Source: an uncultured archaeon (GTDB lineage: Archaea > Asgardarchaeota > Thorarchaeia > Thorarchaeales > Thorarchaeaceae). From it: 64,000 nt of DNA. Within the stretch, counting starts at the first letter, position 1; each line of letters begins with the position of its first letter. Shown piece by piece: positions 28,663 to 38,061 of this stretch. Location: the NCBI GenBank assembly GCA_964558645.1, contig CAZLEV010000005.1:160001-224000 (forward strand). The letters are read 5' to 3'. The notes beneath the pieces were generated by a model. It searched no databases and was not told where the DNA came from. It was given only the letters and a program-made list of their open reading frames with translations. The position numbers were made by a program, and so were the translations under genes.

Positions 28663-29802
28663 TTATTTCATGCGCCTCGGTTTCCCCTTCAGCAGACCAA
28701 GACCTTTCTTGCACTGCCATAAGACGTAGAAGACTCGCTTGTCACGCAGGACCTCTGGATCATATTGACTACGAAGATCTTCAAATTTCTGGATAAGCTC
28801 ATTGCGTCTCGAGCCGCTTGTATCTGACTTGACCTCATCCAAGAGCTGCTCAAAAGGTTCCATCACACGATCCAGCTCGGCGATGTCCCAGCGGATGATG
28901 GCTCCACTACCATCAGAGGTCAAGAATCCTCGCTCATTGTGAATCCATTCGATTCCGTCGATCTCGCTATCTGTTGTGGCTTCACCCTCTACTCTGCCGG
29001 TCTCGAGGTTCCACACGAAGAGGTTCTTGTTGGCAGACCCAGACACCAAGTACTTGTTATCCGTACTGAACACAACGGAACGTACCTCCCCTGAGTGCCC
29101 CCGTAAGACACATTTCTTCGTTAGCTCTTCTCCTGAGGAGTTCCAGACGATGATATCGTGATCGGAGGACCCGGAAGCCACGAGAGAACCATCAACGGAG
29201 AAGCGGACAACCTGCACAGCGGTTCGATGCTCTTCAATCCATTGCTTCTTCTCGCCGGTATTACCATCCCACAAGCCGATTGATGCATCAACGCTTGCCG
29301 ACACTATTTTCTCGTTCACCGGAGACCATTCGCAGCTCACTACGTAGAGGGAATGACCCTTCATCCTGTGTATCTTCTCTCGATCATCAACATCCCAGAT
29401 GATCATGGTTGTATCGCCGCTCCCAGAGAGCAGCTTGCTGCCATCGGGTGAGAAAGAAAGTGACAGGACTGGGTAAGTGTGTCCTTCTAGCCTGGCCAAG
29501 CATTCACCGGTTCGTATATCCCAAAGCTTCACCACACGATCGACGCCACCTGATGCGATGATGTCGCCACGCGGGCTGAAGGCGATGGATGTGCAGAGAA
29601 ACTCATCCTGAAGGCGCTGAATCTCTTCACCGTTAGAGACATCGTATAGCCGAATAGCACGGTCTTGAGTAGCTGAGGCAATCATGCGCCCAACCTTATT
29701 CATTGCGAATCTACGAGTGATATCGCCAGCTACCTCTGCAGGAGGTTTCAATACCTTAGGTCGCAGGAAAAGGGTAATCTCTGGTCCTTCCATCTGGTTC
29801 AC
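28663..29802 (-). CDS. WD40 beta-propeller protein with C-terminal helical domain
   Basis: About 7 GH...[SF]SPDG...SGS.D..I.IWD repeats. Confidence 0.93.
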   Translation of the reverse strand: MNQMEGPEITLFLRPKVLKPPAEVAGDITRRFAMNKVGRMIASATQDRAIRLYDVSNGEEIQRLQDEFLCTSIAFSPRGDIIASGGVDRVVKLWDIRTGECLARLEGHTYPVLSLSFSPDGSKLLSGSGDTTMIIWDVDDREKIHRMKGHSLYVVSCEWSPVNEKIVSASVDASIGLWDGNTGEKKQWIEEHRTAVQVVRFSVDGSLVASGSSDHDIIVWNSSGEELTKKCVLRGHSGEVRSVVFSTDNKYLVSGSANKNLFVWNLETGRVEGEATTDSEIDGIEWIHNERGFLTSDGSGAIIRWDIAELDRVMEPFEQLLDEVKSDTSGSRRNELIQKFEDLRSQYDPEVLRDKRVFYVLWQCKKGLGLLKGKPRRMK

Positions 29803-29885
29803 CCTGAGAAGACTTGAGTTCTCGGCGAGATGTATTTGCTAAAAGTGTTATGAATCAAGAAGGCGCGTACATATTCAGAGACCTT

Positions 29886-30452
29886 CTACATCATGCCACC
29901 GTCTTCGAGAATCTTGATTGCCAGCTCCAAGAAAGAGGCCTCAACATTCTCTCCGGTCTTGGCAGAGGTCTCGATGAACGAAGATTGAACTCCCTGATTC
30001 CCAATGCTCTCGGCGAATGCCTGACCCTCCTCAGTTGTCACGATTGTCTGCTTCATGACAGGGTTGTCCTGGAACTGCTCCCTCAGGTCAATCTTGTTGC
30101 CTATGACCACGACAGGGATCTTCTTTCCTGCATTCTTCCAGCATTCATCAAGCCAGTTGGGCAGGTTCTCAAACGAGGCTCGTTCCACAGTAGAGTAGAC
30201 AGCAAGTGCGCCTTGAGCCCCTCGGTAGAACGTCGAACGGACGCTCTTGAAGTGCTCCTGGCCTGCAAGGTCCCAAATCTGGATACTCACATCGTGACCA
30301 CCCTCAAGGGACATCTTTTTCACGGCAAAGTCAGCACCAATAGTGATCATATAGCTCGCCCTGAAACCCTCGCCCATGTACGTTCTTCGTAGCGAGGTCT
30401 TCCCTACCGAGCCATCTCCCATGAGAACGATCTTGAACAACGCTGTAACCAT
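29886..30452 (-). CDS. Rab-like small GTPase
   Basis: GDGSVGKT, TIGADF, WDLAGQ, FYRGA, NKID, ETSAK. Confidence 0.93.
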   Translation of the reverse strand: MVTALFKIVLMGDGSVGKTSLRRTYMGEGFRASYMITIGADFAVKKMSLEGGHDVSIQIWDLAGQEHFKSVRSTFYRGAQGALAVYSTVERASFENLPNWLDECWKNAGKKIPVVVIGNKIDLREQFQDNPVMKQTIVTTEEGQAFAESIGNQGVQSSFIETSAKTGENVEASFLELAIKILEDGGMM

Positions 30453-30773
30453 TTTGTAACCACCCTGCGGCCTGTGAGGCTCAGAGCCGGCATCGGCCTA
30501 GTAGACCAGTTGGCCTAGGTAAGCTGGTACGACTATTTGACGTTTCCCCTACTAGATTCAACCAGTCAGTTTGATGTGGTGAGTCTTCTAACCTGCAATA
30601 AGAAGCTTCCTTGTTTCTTTTCACACAATAGTTTCGGCAACCAGCCACCTCTCGAGATGTTTATCCAATACAACGATGGTGTCGCGAAAATGTCAGAATT
30701 GTATGGGAGGAAGGTATGTTCTGAAGGTCAACAGAGGGATTACCTCTGAGCTCGTCACAGAGAGGAGAAATCG

Positions 30774-31040
30774 ATGGGTCGCACAGCACGAACATTCAGA
30801 GATGCTCTTGATATCGAAGAAAGACGCTGGGAAGAATTCAGACGCACCCTGAGGGCCTCACAGAGAGGACTCCTTGACAGGGTCTTTGAAAAGGCACGAC
30901 AGCACGCTGATGCAGGTTCCATGATTATCACCCCCCGAATCATGGAGGTTGTTCTTGTAGCGGCATTGATGGAATTGACGGCAGACCTTGAGCGACTAGA
31001 TGGTCGACTCTCCCAGCTTGAACAGCAGCTTGGAAAATGA
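30774..31040 (+). CDS. Small helical protein of the PolB2 operon (arCOG07300/PPB2-like)
   Basis: MGRT..TFRD..IEE..RW..FRRTLR...DRVFEKAR.HADAG signature; ATGA overlap with polB2. Confidence 0.82.
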   Translation: MGRTARTFRDALDIEERRWEEFRRTLRASQRGLLDRVFEKARQHADAGSMIITPRIMEVVLVAALMELTADLERLDGRLSQLEQQLGK

Positions 31041-33316
31041 CGAAGATGAGAGAAATAGGATGGCTAATGGATGCCAGCATAGACACACAACAGCATGCTC
31101 TCACTCTGTGGATCAAGATCGGTGGTAAGACCCGGGGATACACCTATCACGACTTCAAGCCCTCGGTCTTTGTTTCCACCGATCTGTTGAAAGACGCTGA
31201 ATGGACCAAAGACAGAATCATAGGATTGGTGGAGGAACACCCTCTCGTTGTAGATTCGCAGGTGGTCCGGCGTTTCGTGGACGTATATGATGTTGAACCA
31301 CAAGAGGTCATTGAGGTGTTCTCATCCCCCGATTCGATTCGGGAGCTGGCCGAGGATCTGGAGAGGCTGCCAGGTGCAACGGTGTTCAACGCAGATATAG
31401 ATCCGATTCAGCAGTTCTTCATAACGCGAGAGATATTTCCCTTCGGACGAGTAGAGTTGCAATTCACCGAACAGACTGTCACCAACATCAGGTGTATCGA
31501 CAGTAGAGAGGCAGTTCAGTATGAGGTGCCATATCTCCGAGAGATTCGGATTGAGGTCTTTGTGGATACAGACAGGTTGTTTCCAAGATTGGAAGACCCG
31601 ATTCATCACATCGAGATAGAGAGCGACGGAGAGATCATCACCATAAAGGAGAGAAGCGAACGGGAAACCTTGGAGAGATTTCAGAGGACCATCGACGACA
31701 TAGACCCGGACATCATAGTGACACAGGGGGGTGACGAGGACCTGTTCCGCTATCTCACTATCAGATGCAGAGTCAATGATTTCGAGCTGGTTCTCTCCCG
31801 TGACGATACACCACTCCGGGTGCAATACCGTGAGCCGACCTCGTTCTGGCAATATAATAGAGTCGTGTACCGCTCCGGCAACCAAGTCATGTTCAACGGT
31901 AGAATGCATATCGATCGAACTGAAGGTTTCTCCTATTCCCCCTCGGGCATGGAAGGAATCATCGAGGGGTGTAGACTTGCATTTGCACAGCCTCAACGCG
32001 TTGCACGGATGTCTATTGGTGGGGTGAATGCTGCGGTTCAGTTCTATAATGCATATCAGATGGGGATGCTGATTCCACCAGTAAAGAGAAACCCTGAGTT
32101 TCTCAAGTCGGTCAATGAACTAGCCACTATCGACCGTGGAGGACTAATTCTTCAACCTCAACCTGATATCTATGAGAACATAGCAGAATGCGACTTCTCG
32201 TCCATGTATCCAACGCTCATGGTGACCCGGAACATAAGCCCCGAAACCATCTGCACACGGGAAGACTGCCCCTTTGACTACGAGCACTGTATAGAGGTAC
32301 CGGGTCTTAACTTCCGCCTGTGTAATCAGAAGCGTGGGATAGTAGCTAAGTCACTCGAACTGATTCTCAAGAAGAGGAAGGAGTTCAAGAGACTCATCCG
32401 AGAGGGAACGGACACTGCACGGTATGAGCGGATGCAAAACACTCTGAAGGGAATCCTGGTCTCCTGCTTCGGATACCTCGGGTTCAAGAATGCAAAGTTT
32501 GGACGAGTAGAGGCCCACACTGCAGTCACCGCACTGGCCAGAGATGTACTGCTAAGGACCCAAGAGATAGGAGAGGAGATGGGGCTGGAGATGGTTCACG
32601 GTATCGTAGACTCACTCTGGGTGAAGTCTGACAGCCCGATAGACTATGAGCATGTGAGGGACTTCTGCGAACGGGTCACAGAAACAGTGGGAATCGAAAT
32701 GTCATTGAAGGGCATCTATCGATGGATGGTGATTCCTTCGTCAAGACTTCATCCCACAATAGCTCCCTTGAACCGGTACTACGGCGTCTATAGAAATGGG
32801 GCGATAAAGACCAGAGGGATTGAAACGCGGCGGCGCGACACATGCCTCTATGTAGGGGACTGCCAACAGGAGATGATCAAGGTCCTTGCTCGTGGTAAGG
32901 ATAAGGAGGGGTTTCTCGACAGAATACCGGATGCATATGAGACGTGTAGAAGATACATACAAAGGCTCAATGAGGGGGATGTTGATATCCGGGATTTGAT
33001 TTTGAACTCCCGTCTGACCCGAGAGCCACAGGATTATCGGACAACCTCACGCGCCTCAATTGTTGCACAGCAGCTCATCAAGGCAGGAAGGGAGCTACAC
33101 GCCGGGCAAAAGGTACGATACATCATGGTGGATGCAAGTTCTCAGAATCCACTCAGGAGAGTGAAAGCTCTAGAACTTCTCAATAAGAACACGCATTACG
33201 ATGCCGCAGCCTATGCAACACTGTGTTTCAGAGCCTTTGAGAATCTGATACCGGCCCAGTACATCTCAAGAACTGAGGCGTATCCCGTGTATCAATATAC
33301 CAACCATGCTCACTGA
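31037..33316 (+). CDS. polB2: Family B DNA polymerase, PolB2 (Dpo2) type
   Basis: DFSSMYP, KGILVSCFGY, HGIVDSLW (instead of YGDTDS), RGIETRRRD; degenerate exonuclease domain. Confidence 0.9.
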   Translation: MTKMREIGWLMDASIDTQQHALTLWIKIGGKTRGYTYHDFKPSVFVSTDLLKDAEWTKDRIIGLVEEHPLVVDSQVVRRFVDVYDVEPQEVIEVFSSPDSIRELAEDLERLPGATVFNADIDPIQQFFITREIFPFGRVELQFTEQTVTNIRCIDSREAVQYEVPYLREIRIEVFVDTDRLFPRLEDPIHHIEIESDGEIITIKERSERETLERFQRTIDDIDPDIIVTQGGDEDLFRYLTIRCRVNDFELVLSRDDTPLRVQYREPTSFWQYNRVVYRSGNQVMFNGRMHIDRTEGFSYSPSGMEGIIEGCRLAFAQPQRVARMSIGGVNAAVQFYNAYQMGMLIPPVKRNPEFLKSVNELATIDRGGLILQPQPDIYENIAECDFSSMYPTLMVTRNISPETICTREDCPFDYEHCIEVPGLNFRLCNQKRGIVAKSLELILKKRKEFKRLIREGTDTARYERMQNTLKGILVSCFGYLGFKNAKFGRVEAHTAVTALARDVLLRTQEIGEEMGLEMVHGIVDSLWVKSDSPIDYEHVRDFCERVTETVGIEMSLKGIYRWMVIPSSRLHPTIAPLNRYYGVYRNGAIKTRGIETRRRDTCLYVGDCQQEMIKVLARGKDKEGFLDRIPDAYETCRRYIQRLNEGDVDIRDLILNSRLTREPQDYRTTSRASIVAQQLIKAGRELHAGQKVRYIMVDASSQNPLRRVKALELLNKNTHYDAAAYATLCFRAFENLIPAQYISRTEAYPVYQYTNHAH

Positions 33317-33318
33317 CA

Positions 33319-34665
33319 TCATTCGGTGACTGCATGTGCCTGCAGTGCCACTCGCGGCTTAAGCTCTCGCACAGGGATTCCCGTCTCCGCTGACACCTTC
33401 ATTATATCATCAGCCTCAGGCTTGATGTTGATTATGCTGCCGTCTGGTCCTCTTGATATCTTCACACGAACCATGTAGTCCTTATTATCGATCTCCAGCT
33501 TACAGACAATAGTCTCGCGGGCAGCCTTCAGACGTTGCCATGATGTGTACCGGATTCCCAGAGTACCTAGGTGACGAATCATGATTTCGGCAATGCTCTT
33601 CAGACCGGTCTTGGCTGCGATGACTTTGACCACAAAGCAGGGTCGATTCTTCTTACCATATGCCGGGATCATCACCACATCGTAGGCCAATCCCTCCGAG
33701 AGTAACGTGTCGAAGAGACTGCCCATGACTTCGCCATCAACGTCGTCTACATTTGCTTCAATCACAATAACGCTATCATCGTTCCATTGTTCAAACACTT
33801 CAGCCCTCTCCTCTCCACGAGTCGGCGGACTCACCACTTGAGAAGCCTTTCGTTCAGTCTTCTCAGAACTCTTGGGTTCTGGAGCCTCTGCAACGCCCTC
33901 TGCCTCCTTGAAATTGCCAAGGGATATCTTCATTCTGTTGGGAACTTCCCCAAGGTCGCGTGAGCCAAACCCGGTACCCTGTTGTGCAAGGACAAAATCC
34001 TCAGTCGAATCTACATACTCCTGAGCGAGGGATACCAGAAGGGCCGCTCCAGTGGGAGTCAGGATTTCAGTTTCGGCTTTGCCGGTGAGAAATGGAACAT
34101 CATGAGCAACCAATATCTCAGCCACTGCGGGAACTGGAACCTCCAGCTCGCCATGCTCGGTTTCGATGGTGCCACTGCCAACTGCAACTCTTGTCGCCAC
34201 AAATCTCACTTCATTCAGAAGGCCCATCTTCTCGAGGAGATACACTGTTCCGACAATATCTAGAACAGTATCAACTTGGCCAGTTTCGTGGAGGTGTAAC
34301 TGCTCAATAGGGGTATCGTGTGCGCGCACCTCGGCCTGAAGAATCTCATCCAGTGCCCTCTCTGCCAGCTTTGCTGCTGTCTTGGAGAGCTCGAGTTCCT
34401 CACAGACAGTCTGTAACACTTCCAGCATCGACTTCGGACTGAGTCGGATACCCTTGTCCCCCACGACCTCGAGTCGCTTACCGTTCACTCCAGCCTTTTC
34501 CTCTTGAACAACCTTGACACGCAGAGTCGGATCGTAGATAAGCAGGGCTGCAGCAACAGGCAACAAGGCATCGTCTTCTCCCATCAAATCGAGAAGAGCA
34601 GCTAGAAACATATCTCCTGATGCACCAGCTTCATGAACATCGATTAGAGCAGTCTTCTTGGTCAA
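33319..34665 (-). CDS. larC: Nickel pincer cofactor biosynthesis protein LarC
   Basis: GASGDM, HLHE, HG.L.VPVPAV, TPTGAA, EANVDD, KKNRP, GTLGIR; likely TTG start 34665. Confidence 0.9.
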   Translation of the reverse strand: MTKKTALIDVHEAGASGDMFLAALLDLMGEDDALLPVAAALLIYDPTLRVKVVQEEKAGVNGKRLEVVGDKGIRLSPKSMLEVLQTVCEELELSKTAAKLAERALDEILQAEVRAHDTPIEQLHLHETGQVDTVLDIVGTVYLLEKMGLLNEVRFVATRVAVGSGTIETEHGELEVPVPAVAEILVAHDVPFLTGKAETEILTPTGAALLVSLAQEYVDSTEDFVLAQQGTGFGSRDLGEVPNRMKISLGNFKEAEGVAEAPEPKSSEKTERKASQVVSPPTRGEERAEVFEQWNDDSVIVIEANVDDVDGEVMGSLFDTLLSEGLAYDVVMIPAYGKKNRPCFVVKVIAAKTGLKSIAEIMIRHLGTLGIRYTSWQRLKAARETIVCKLEIDNKDYMVRVKISRGPDGSIINIKPEADDIMKVSAETGIPVRELKPRVALQAHAVTE

Positions 34666-34831
34666 TGGAATTGGTTCTCCTTTCTTTAGAGGTCTGCAAC
34701 TGCAGGCTGACACTGCAATCCTTTTCTTTCTTTCGCAGTCAGGAGTCAGGACGTAACACGACAAGGTCAATCCGTTCTTAAATAAAAACCTGCGACGGGG
34801 ACAGTCACTGTGATTAGTGCTTCACTGTGGC

Positions 34832-35611
34832 CTATTCAGCCATGCCCCGTCTCCATTGTTCGAAGATTGCCATGTACATGCACTCAGCAGGGCTTATCCA
34901 CATTGCAGACGAATCAAAGGCCTCGTCAACCAGTTCGACTGGGGCATCACGAATAAGCACAGCAGGTATAGACTCGTCAGACTCGCCCATAAGCACGGTA
35001 CATGCAGATGCCAAGTTGTCTGCCACTGCTCTGCGAGTTATACGGAGCTCGTTGCCGAAGAGATCTCTACGTCCTCGGTCGTCCATGACAGGCCGAAATC
35101 CGGCCACGCCTAGGGCCATCCCAATATTGCCGAGCCTGAGAGGTTGCGTCCTGCTGTCAATGATGATCACTCCAAGCCTCAATCCCCATCGTCCCAGAAT
35201 TTCTTGACGGATTCGAGCAGCACTGGCCTTTGCATCGACTGGCAAGAGCGAGGCATAACCAGCCGGAACGTTTGACTTGTCAACCCCAGCATTCGCCATG
35301 AGGGTATTGTTCTTGATGGTCAATACAACACGAGGAATACCACCAAGAATCTCATCCGCCTCATCTAGTACCAGCTGTGCCACTGCAGGAAGGATGTCAT
35401 ACTTCGTGCCTAGATTGCGAGCCTCATCAGTCACACTGACATCGTTCAATCTAACAACCCTACCTTCAGTCGTCCCCAACGGAGTCTCGGCAATGCCCAT
35501 GATGTCACCCTCCTTGGGGTCGAGATCTTGGGACTTCATGGATTGCGAAATCACGCTGAGGAAGTCATCTTCTCTTGTGATGGTACGAGTCTTTATCGGA
35601 AATAGTTCCAA
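34832..35611 (-). CDS. cofE: Coenzyme F420-0:gamma-glutamyl ligase
   Basis: EGRVV.L, ANAGVDKSN, LLP.D...SA, GVIIIDS...PLRLG, DLFGNEL, MGE.DE.IP. Confidence 0.92.
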   Translation of the reverse strand: MELFPIKTRTITREDDFLSVISQSMKSQDLDPKEGDIMGIAETPLGTTEGRVVRLNDVSVTDEARNLGTKYDILPAVAQLVLDEADEILGGIPRVVLTIKNNTLMANAGVDKSNVPAGYASLLPVDAKASAARIRQEILGRWGLRLGVIIIDSRTQPLRLGNIGMALGVAGFRPVMDDRGRRDLFGNELRITRRAVADNLASACTVLMGESDESIPAVLIRDAPVELVDEAFDSSAMWISPAECMYMAIFEQWRRGMAE

Positions 35612-35700
35612 TGCACAGCCTCAATACTTCCGCGAGGAGAACTGCAAATAAAGCATACCTATCTCTCAGTCGGCTATATCATGGTGCAAGACGATGGAGA

Positions 35701-37116
35701 CTATTCTCTCTGAAGCTTCATCCGCGCACCCATTATACACGAGTCCCCTCTTCGACCGCCCATCGGATTCTCTCGCGTCCCCATTGAGTTCATGCATCTA
35801 GCGGTCACAGCAGCACCCATGGCGAGCCCGTCCTCGACAAATACAACCTGGCGTGATGGTTCCGGAGGCATCAGCTTGCCACTCAGGAGTTCAGCAAGAA
35901 GAAGGGCCGGTTTCTGCCCTGTCACGAGTGCCCGTCCTGTTAGCCCAAAAGAGGTTTCAGGGCGCACCAGTTTCCTGAAGTCACAGATGCTTATCAAGCG
36001 ATATGCCAGTCGGGCCATCAGCAGGTCCACGACAGCCAAGAATAGACCTTTTCCGCCCTCCTCGACTATCTCAAAACCATGTCGTGACAACAGAGGCAAG
36101 TCTGAACCATTGTCGCCAACGTCTATGCCGATGAGCAGGGTCCCGGACTCGGCGGCTGCATCGGTATTAACAGGAACTGTACCGTACTGCTCCACTCCAT
36201 CTGGAACCTCCTCAATCTGGATTATCTTCTCAAGACGCTCAACCCATTGCTCTACCTTCAGATCAGTAGTCCTTGTGGATTGCGATGACAAATCGAGCAT
36301 GACTGCATCAGTTCTGCTCGAGAGTCCTGACCCCTTTGCCAGAGCATCAGGAATGGCCCCTGCAAGCCCTGCGAATGAACCAGTAGTATGAGCATAGGGA
36401 TAAGAGTCATCAACGACTCTTCCAGCAAGAGTTGTCCCAAAGTCCAACGTGAGAACAGGATTTCGAAAGTCGATATCTGTGCCTTTGACAGCACCTTTGA
36501 TTCCTGCAGTGACCAGCTCCCCTTCCATCTCATTTGCCACGATTTCTGTATTCGCTGGGGGAAGGCAGCTTGCGACGGCTCCATCGAAATACACCTTCTT
36601 AAGCCAAGTGTACCCTCGAACGCCTGGAGGGAGATTCTCAGGAGACAGCGATGCAGTCATCTTTCGCGGTGGAACACCAGCATCAAGACAGCCCTGTGCC
36701 AGCGCCTTGATTATGCAGTGGACTTCTTGTGGCGTCGTGAATCCTGCATTTATGCCTGTAGACCTGACCACGAAGTGAATGTCATTCTCTATGTCGAGCT
36801 TGGCCTTTGATACTGCACTTGTGAGGAGGTCAGCAACCATCTCAGTGACGGAGTTCTCTGTCAATGGCACGCCTGTGATTGTTTCTCCAAAGCTCGACTC
36901 GTCGTCTCCTGGCGGACGAATGTCCCGTGTCATGCGTACCTCTTTTGCCACCTCAAAGATCTCGGCAGTCTCGAGATTGGTGGCCACTATGATGCACTTG
37001 GTGGTCGTATTTCCCAGCTCTACTGACACAACCGTATAGAATGGACCAACCTTCAGTGAGGATGCACTGATTCTTCGAGGATGTACTATTTCAGGTCTCA
37101 TCAGTGTCAACACCAT
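35701..37116 (-). CDS. Methanogenesis marker 14 (DUF2114) family protein, ASKHA-fold
   Basis: SVELGNTTTKCI, FVVRSTG, ANEMEGELVTAGIK, DFGTTLAG, DGLA.GAAV.ARCMNS.G; directly downstream of mtrH. Confidence 0.85.
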   Translation of the reverse strand: MVLTLMRPEIVHPRRISASSLKVGPFYTVVSVELGNTTTKCIIVATNLETAEIFEVAKEVRMTRDIRPPGDDESSFGETITGVPLTENSVTEMVADLLTSAVSKAKLDIENDIHFVVRSTGINAGFTTPQEVHCIIKALAQGCLDAGVPPRKMTASLSPENLPPGVRGYTWLKKVYFDGAVASCLPPANTEIVANEMEGELVTAGIKGAVKGTDIDFRNPVLTLDFGTTLAGRVVDDSYPYAHTTGSFAGLAGAIPDALAKGSGLSSRTDAVMLDLSSQSTRTTDLKVEQWVERLEKIIQIEEVPDGVEQYGTVPVNTDAAAESGTLLIGIDVGDNGSDLPLLSRHGFEIVEEGGKGLFLAVVDLLMARLAYRLISICDFRKLVRPETSFGLTGRALVTGQKPALLLAELLSGKLMPPEPSRQVVFVEDGLAMGAAVTARCMNSMGTRENPMGGRRGDSCIMGARMKLQRE

Positions 37117-37123
37117 CAGTTTG

Positions 37124-38059
37124 TCAGAGTAGTTTCTTGAATGGGTGTTCGTTGGAGGGTTCAATGCCAAGCTCGGCCTTGACAGACTCCGCGGTGAAAA
37201 TGTCAGCCATACTAGCTACAGGAAAGACACGTTTTGCATTGTTCAGCGGCCCGTAGAGGACGAAATCAGCACCCATCATCTGGAGCATCAGACTGGAGGC
37301 AACATCGCAAATCATGTAAGCCTCCTTGTCTACCTTCTTTCGGTTCTTCAGCCAGGTCCAAGATGCCGGTGCATTGTGGATTCCTGATCCGGTAGGCAAC
37401 CCGTAGACAGACTTCGAAACAAAGGTGAAGGCCACTGCAGAACCTGCACCAGCACCCATGGCTGTGGTTGCGGTATCGATAAGCGGCTTCTGAACGCCAA
37501 CCTCCTTCGCAAGGGCAAGAAGACCCGAAGAACTATCGTCGATTCCGGTATCCAACACTGCCCTCCGTCCGCCGATGGAAGAATCACGAGGATTGAATGC
37601 AAGGATGATAGCTGATTCTGGACCGATCGCATCAATCGCTTCGAGTTCTTTGCTCTCCACGGAAACACTGATTGAATTGTAGATTGCTCTGTCAAGGCAG
37701 CCAATCTCCTCAGCGTGTCGAAGCCCTGCCACTCGAACTTCAGATTCTGTTGAATCAATCAGGAAGGGGACATCAGAGACCTCAGTGACAAAATCAATGA
37801 ACTTGCACATGGCCTCATCGGTCTGTGAGCATATCTGTAACATACAGGGATTCCCCGTGATCTCGGACATCTCTTCTTGGGTAGCTATCTGCTCTTCTGC
37901 CTTCGCCCTGTCGAAGCTGCCCTTCTTGGCGTCTTCCAGCAGTTTGTCTCCATGATAGAAGATTGTGCCCACAAGAACAGTTGGCAACTCACCAGGCGAA
38001 CCTCCTATCTCGACATCACCGATTCTGTGGATGACCTGTTCTTTCTCAAATACAAACAT
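37124..38059 (-). CDS. mtrH: Methyl-pterin:corrinoid methyltransferase MtrH family
   Basis: MFVFEKEQ...GGSPGELPTVL.GTIFY, PFLIDST, RAIYNS, G.P.GSGIHN.P.SW.WL, GADFVLYGP. Confidence 0.95.
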   Translation of the reverse strand: MFVFEKEQVIHRIGDVEIGGSPGELPTVLVGTIFYHGDKLLEDAKKGSFDRAKAEEQIATQEEMSEITGNPCMLQICSQTDEAMCKFIDFVTEVSDVPFLIDSTESEVRVAGLRHAEEIGCLDRAIYNSISVSVESKELEAIDAIGPESAIILAFNPRDSSIGGRRAVLDTGIDDSSSGLLALAKEVGVQKPLIDTATTAMGAGAGSAVAFTFVSKSVYGLPTGSGIHNAPASWTWLKNRKKVDKEAYMICDVASSLMLQMMGADFVLYGPLNNAKRVFPVASMADIFTAESVKAELGIEPSNEHPFKKLL

Positions 38060-38061
38060 AT

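Noticed and set aside
30686-30730. tcagaa...ttctga inverted repeat upstream of the PolB2 operon as a damage-response operator
   Set aside because: Only 6-bp arms with a long spacer and no second occurrence noticed
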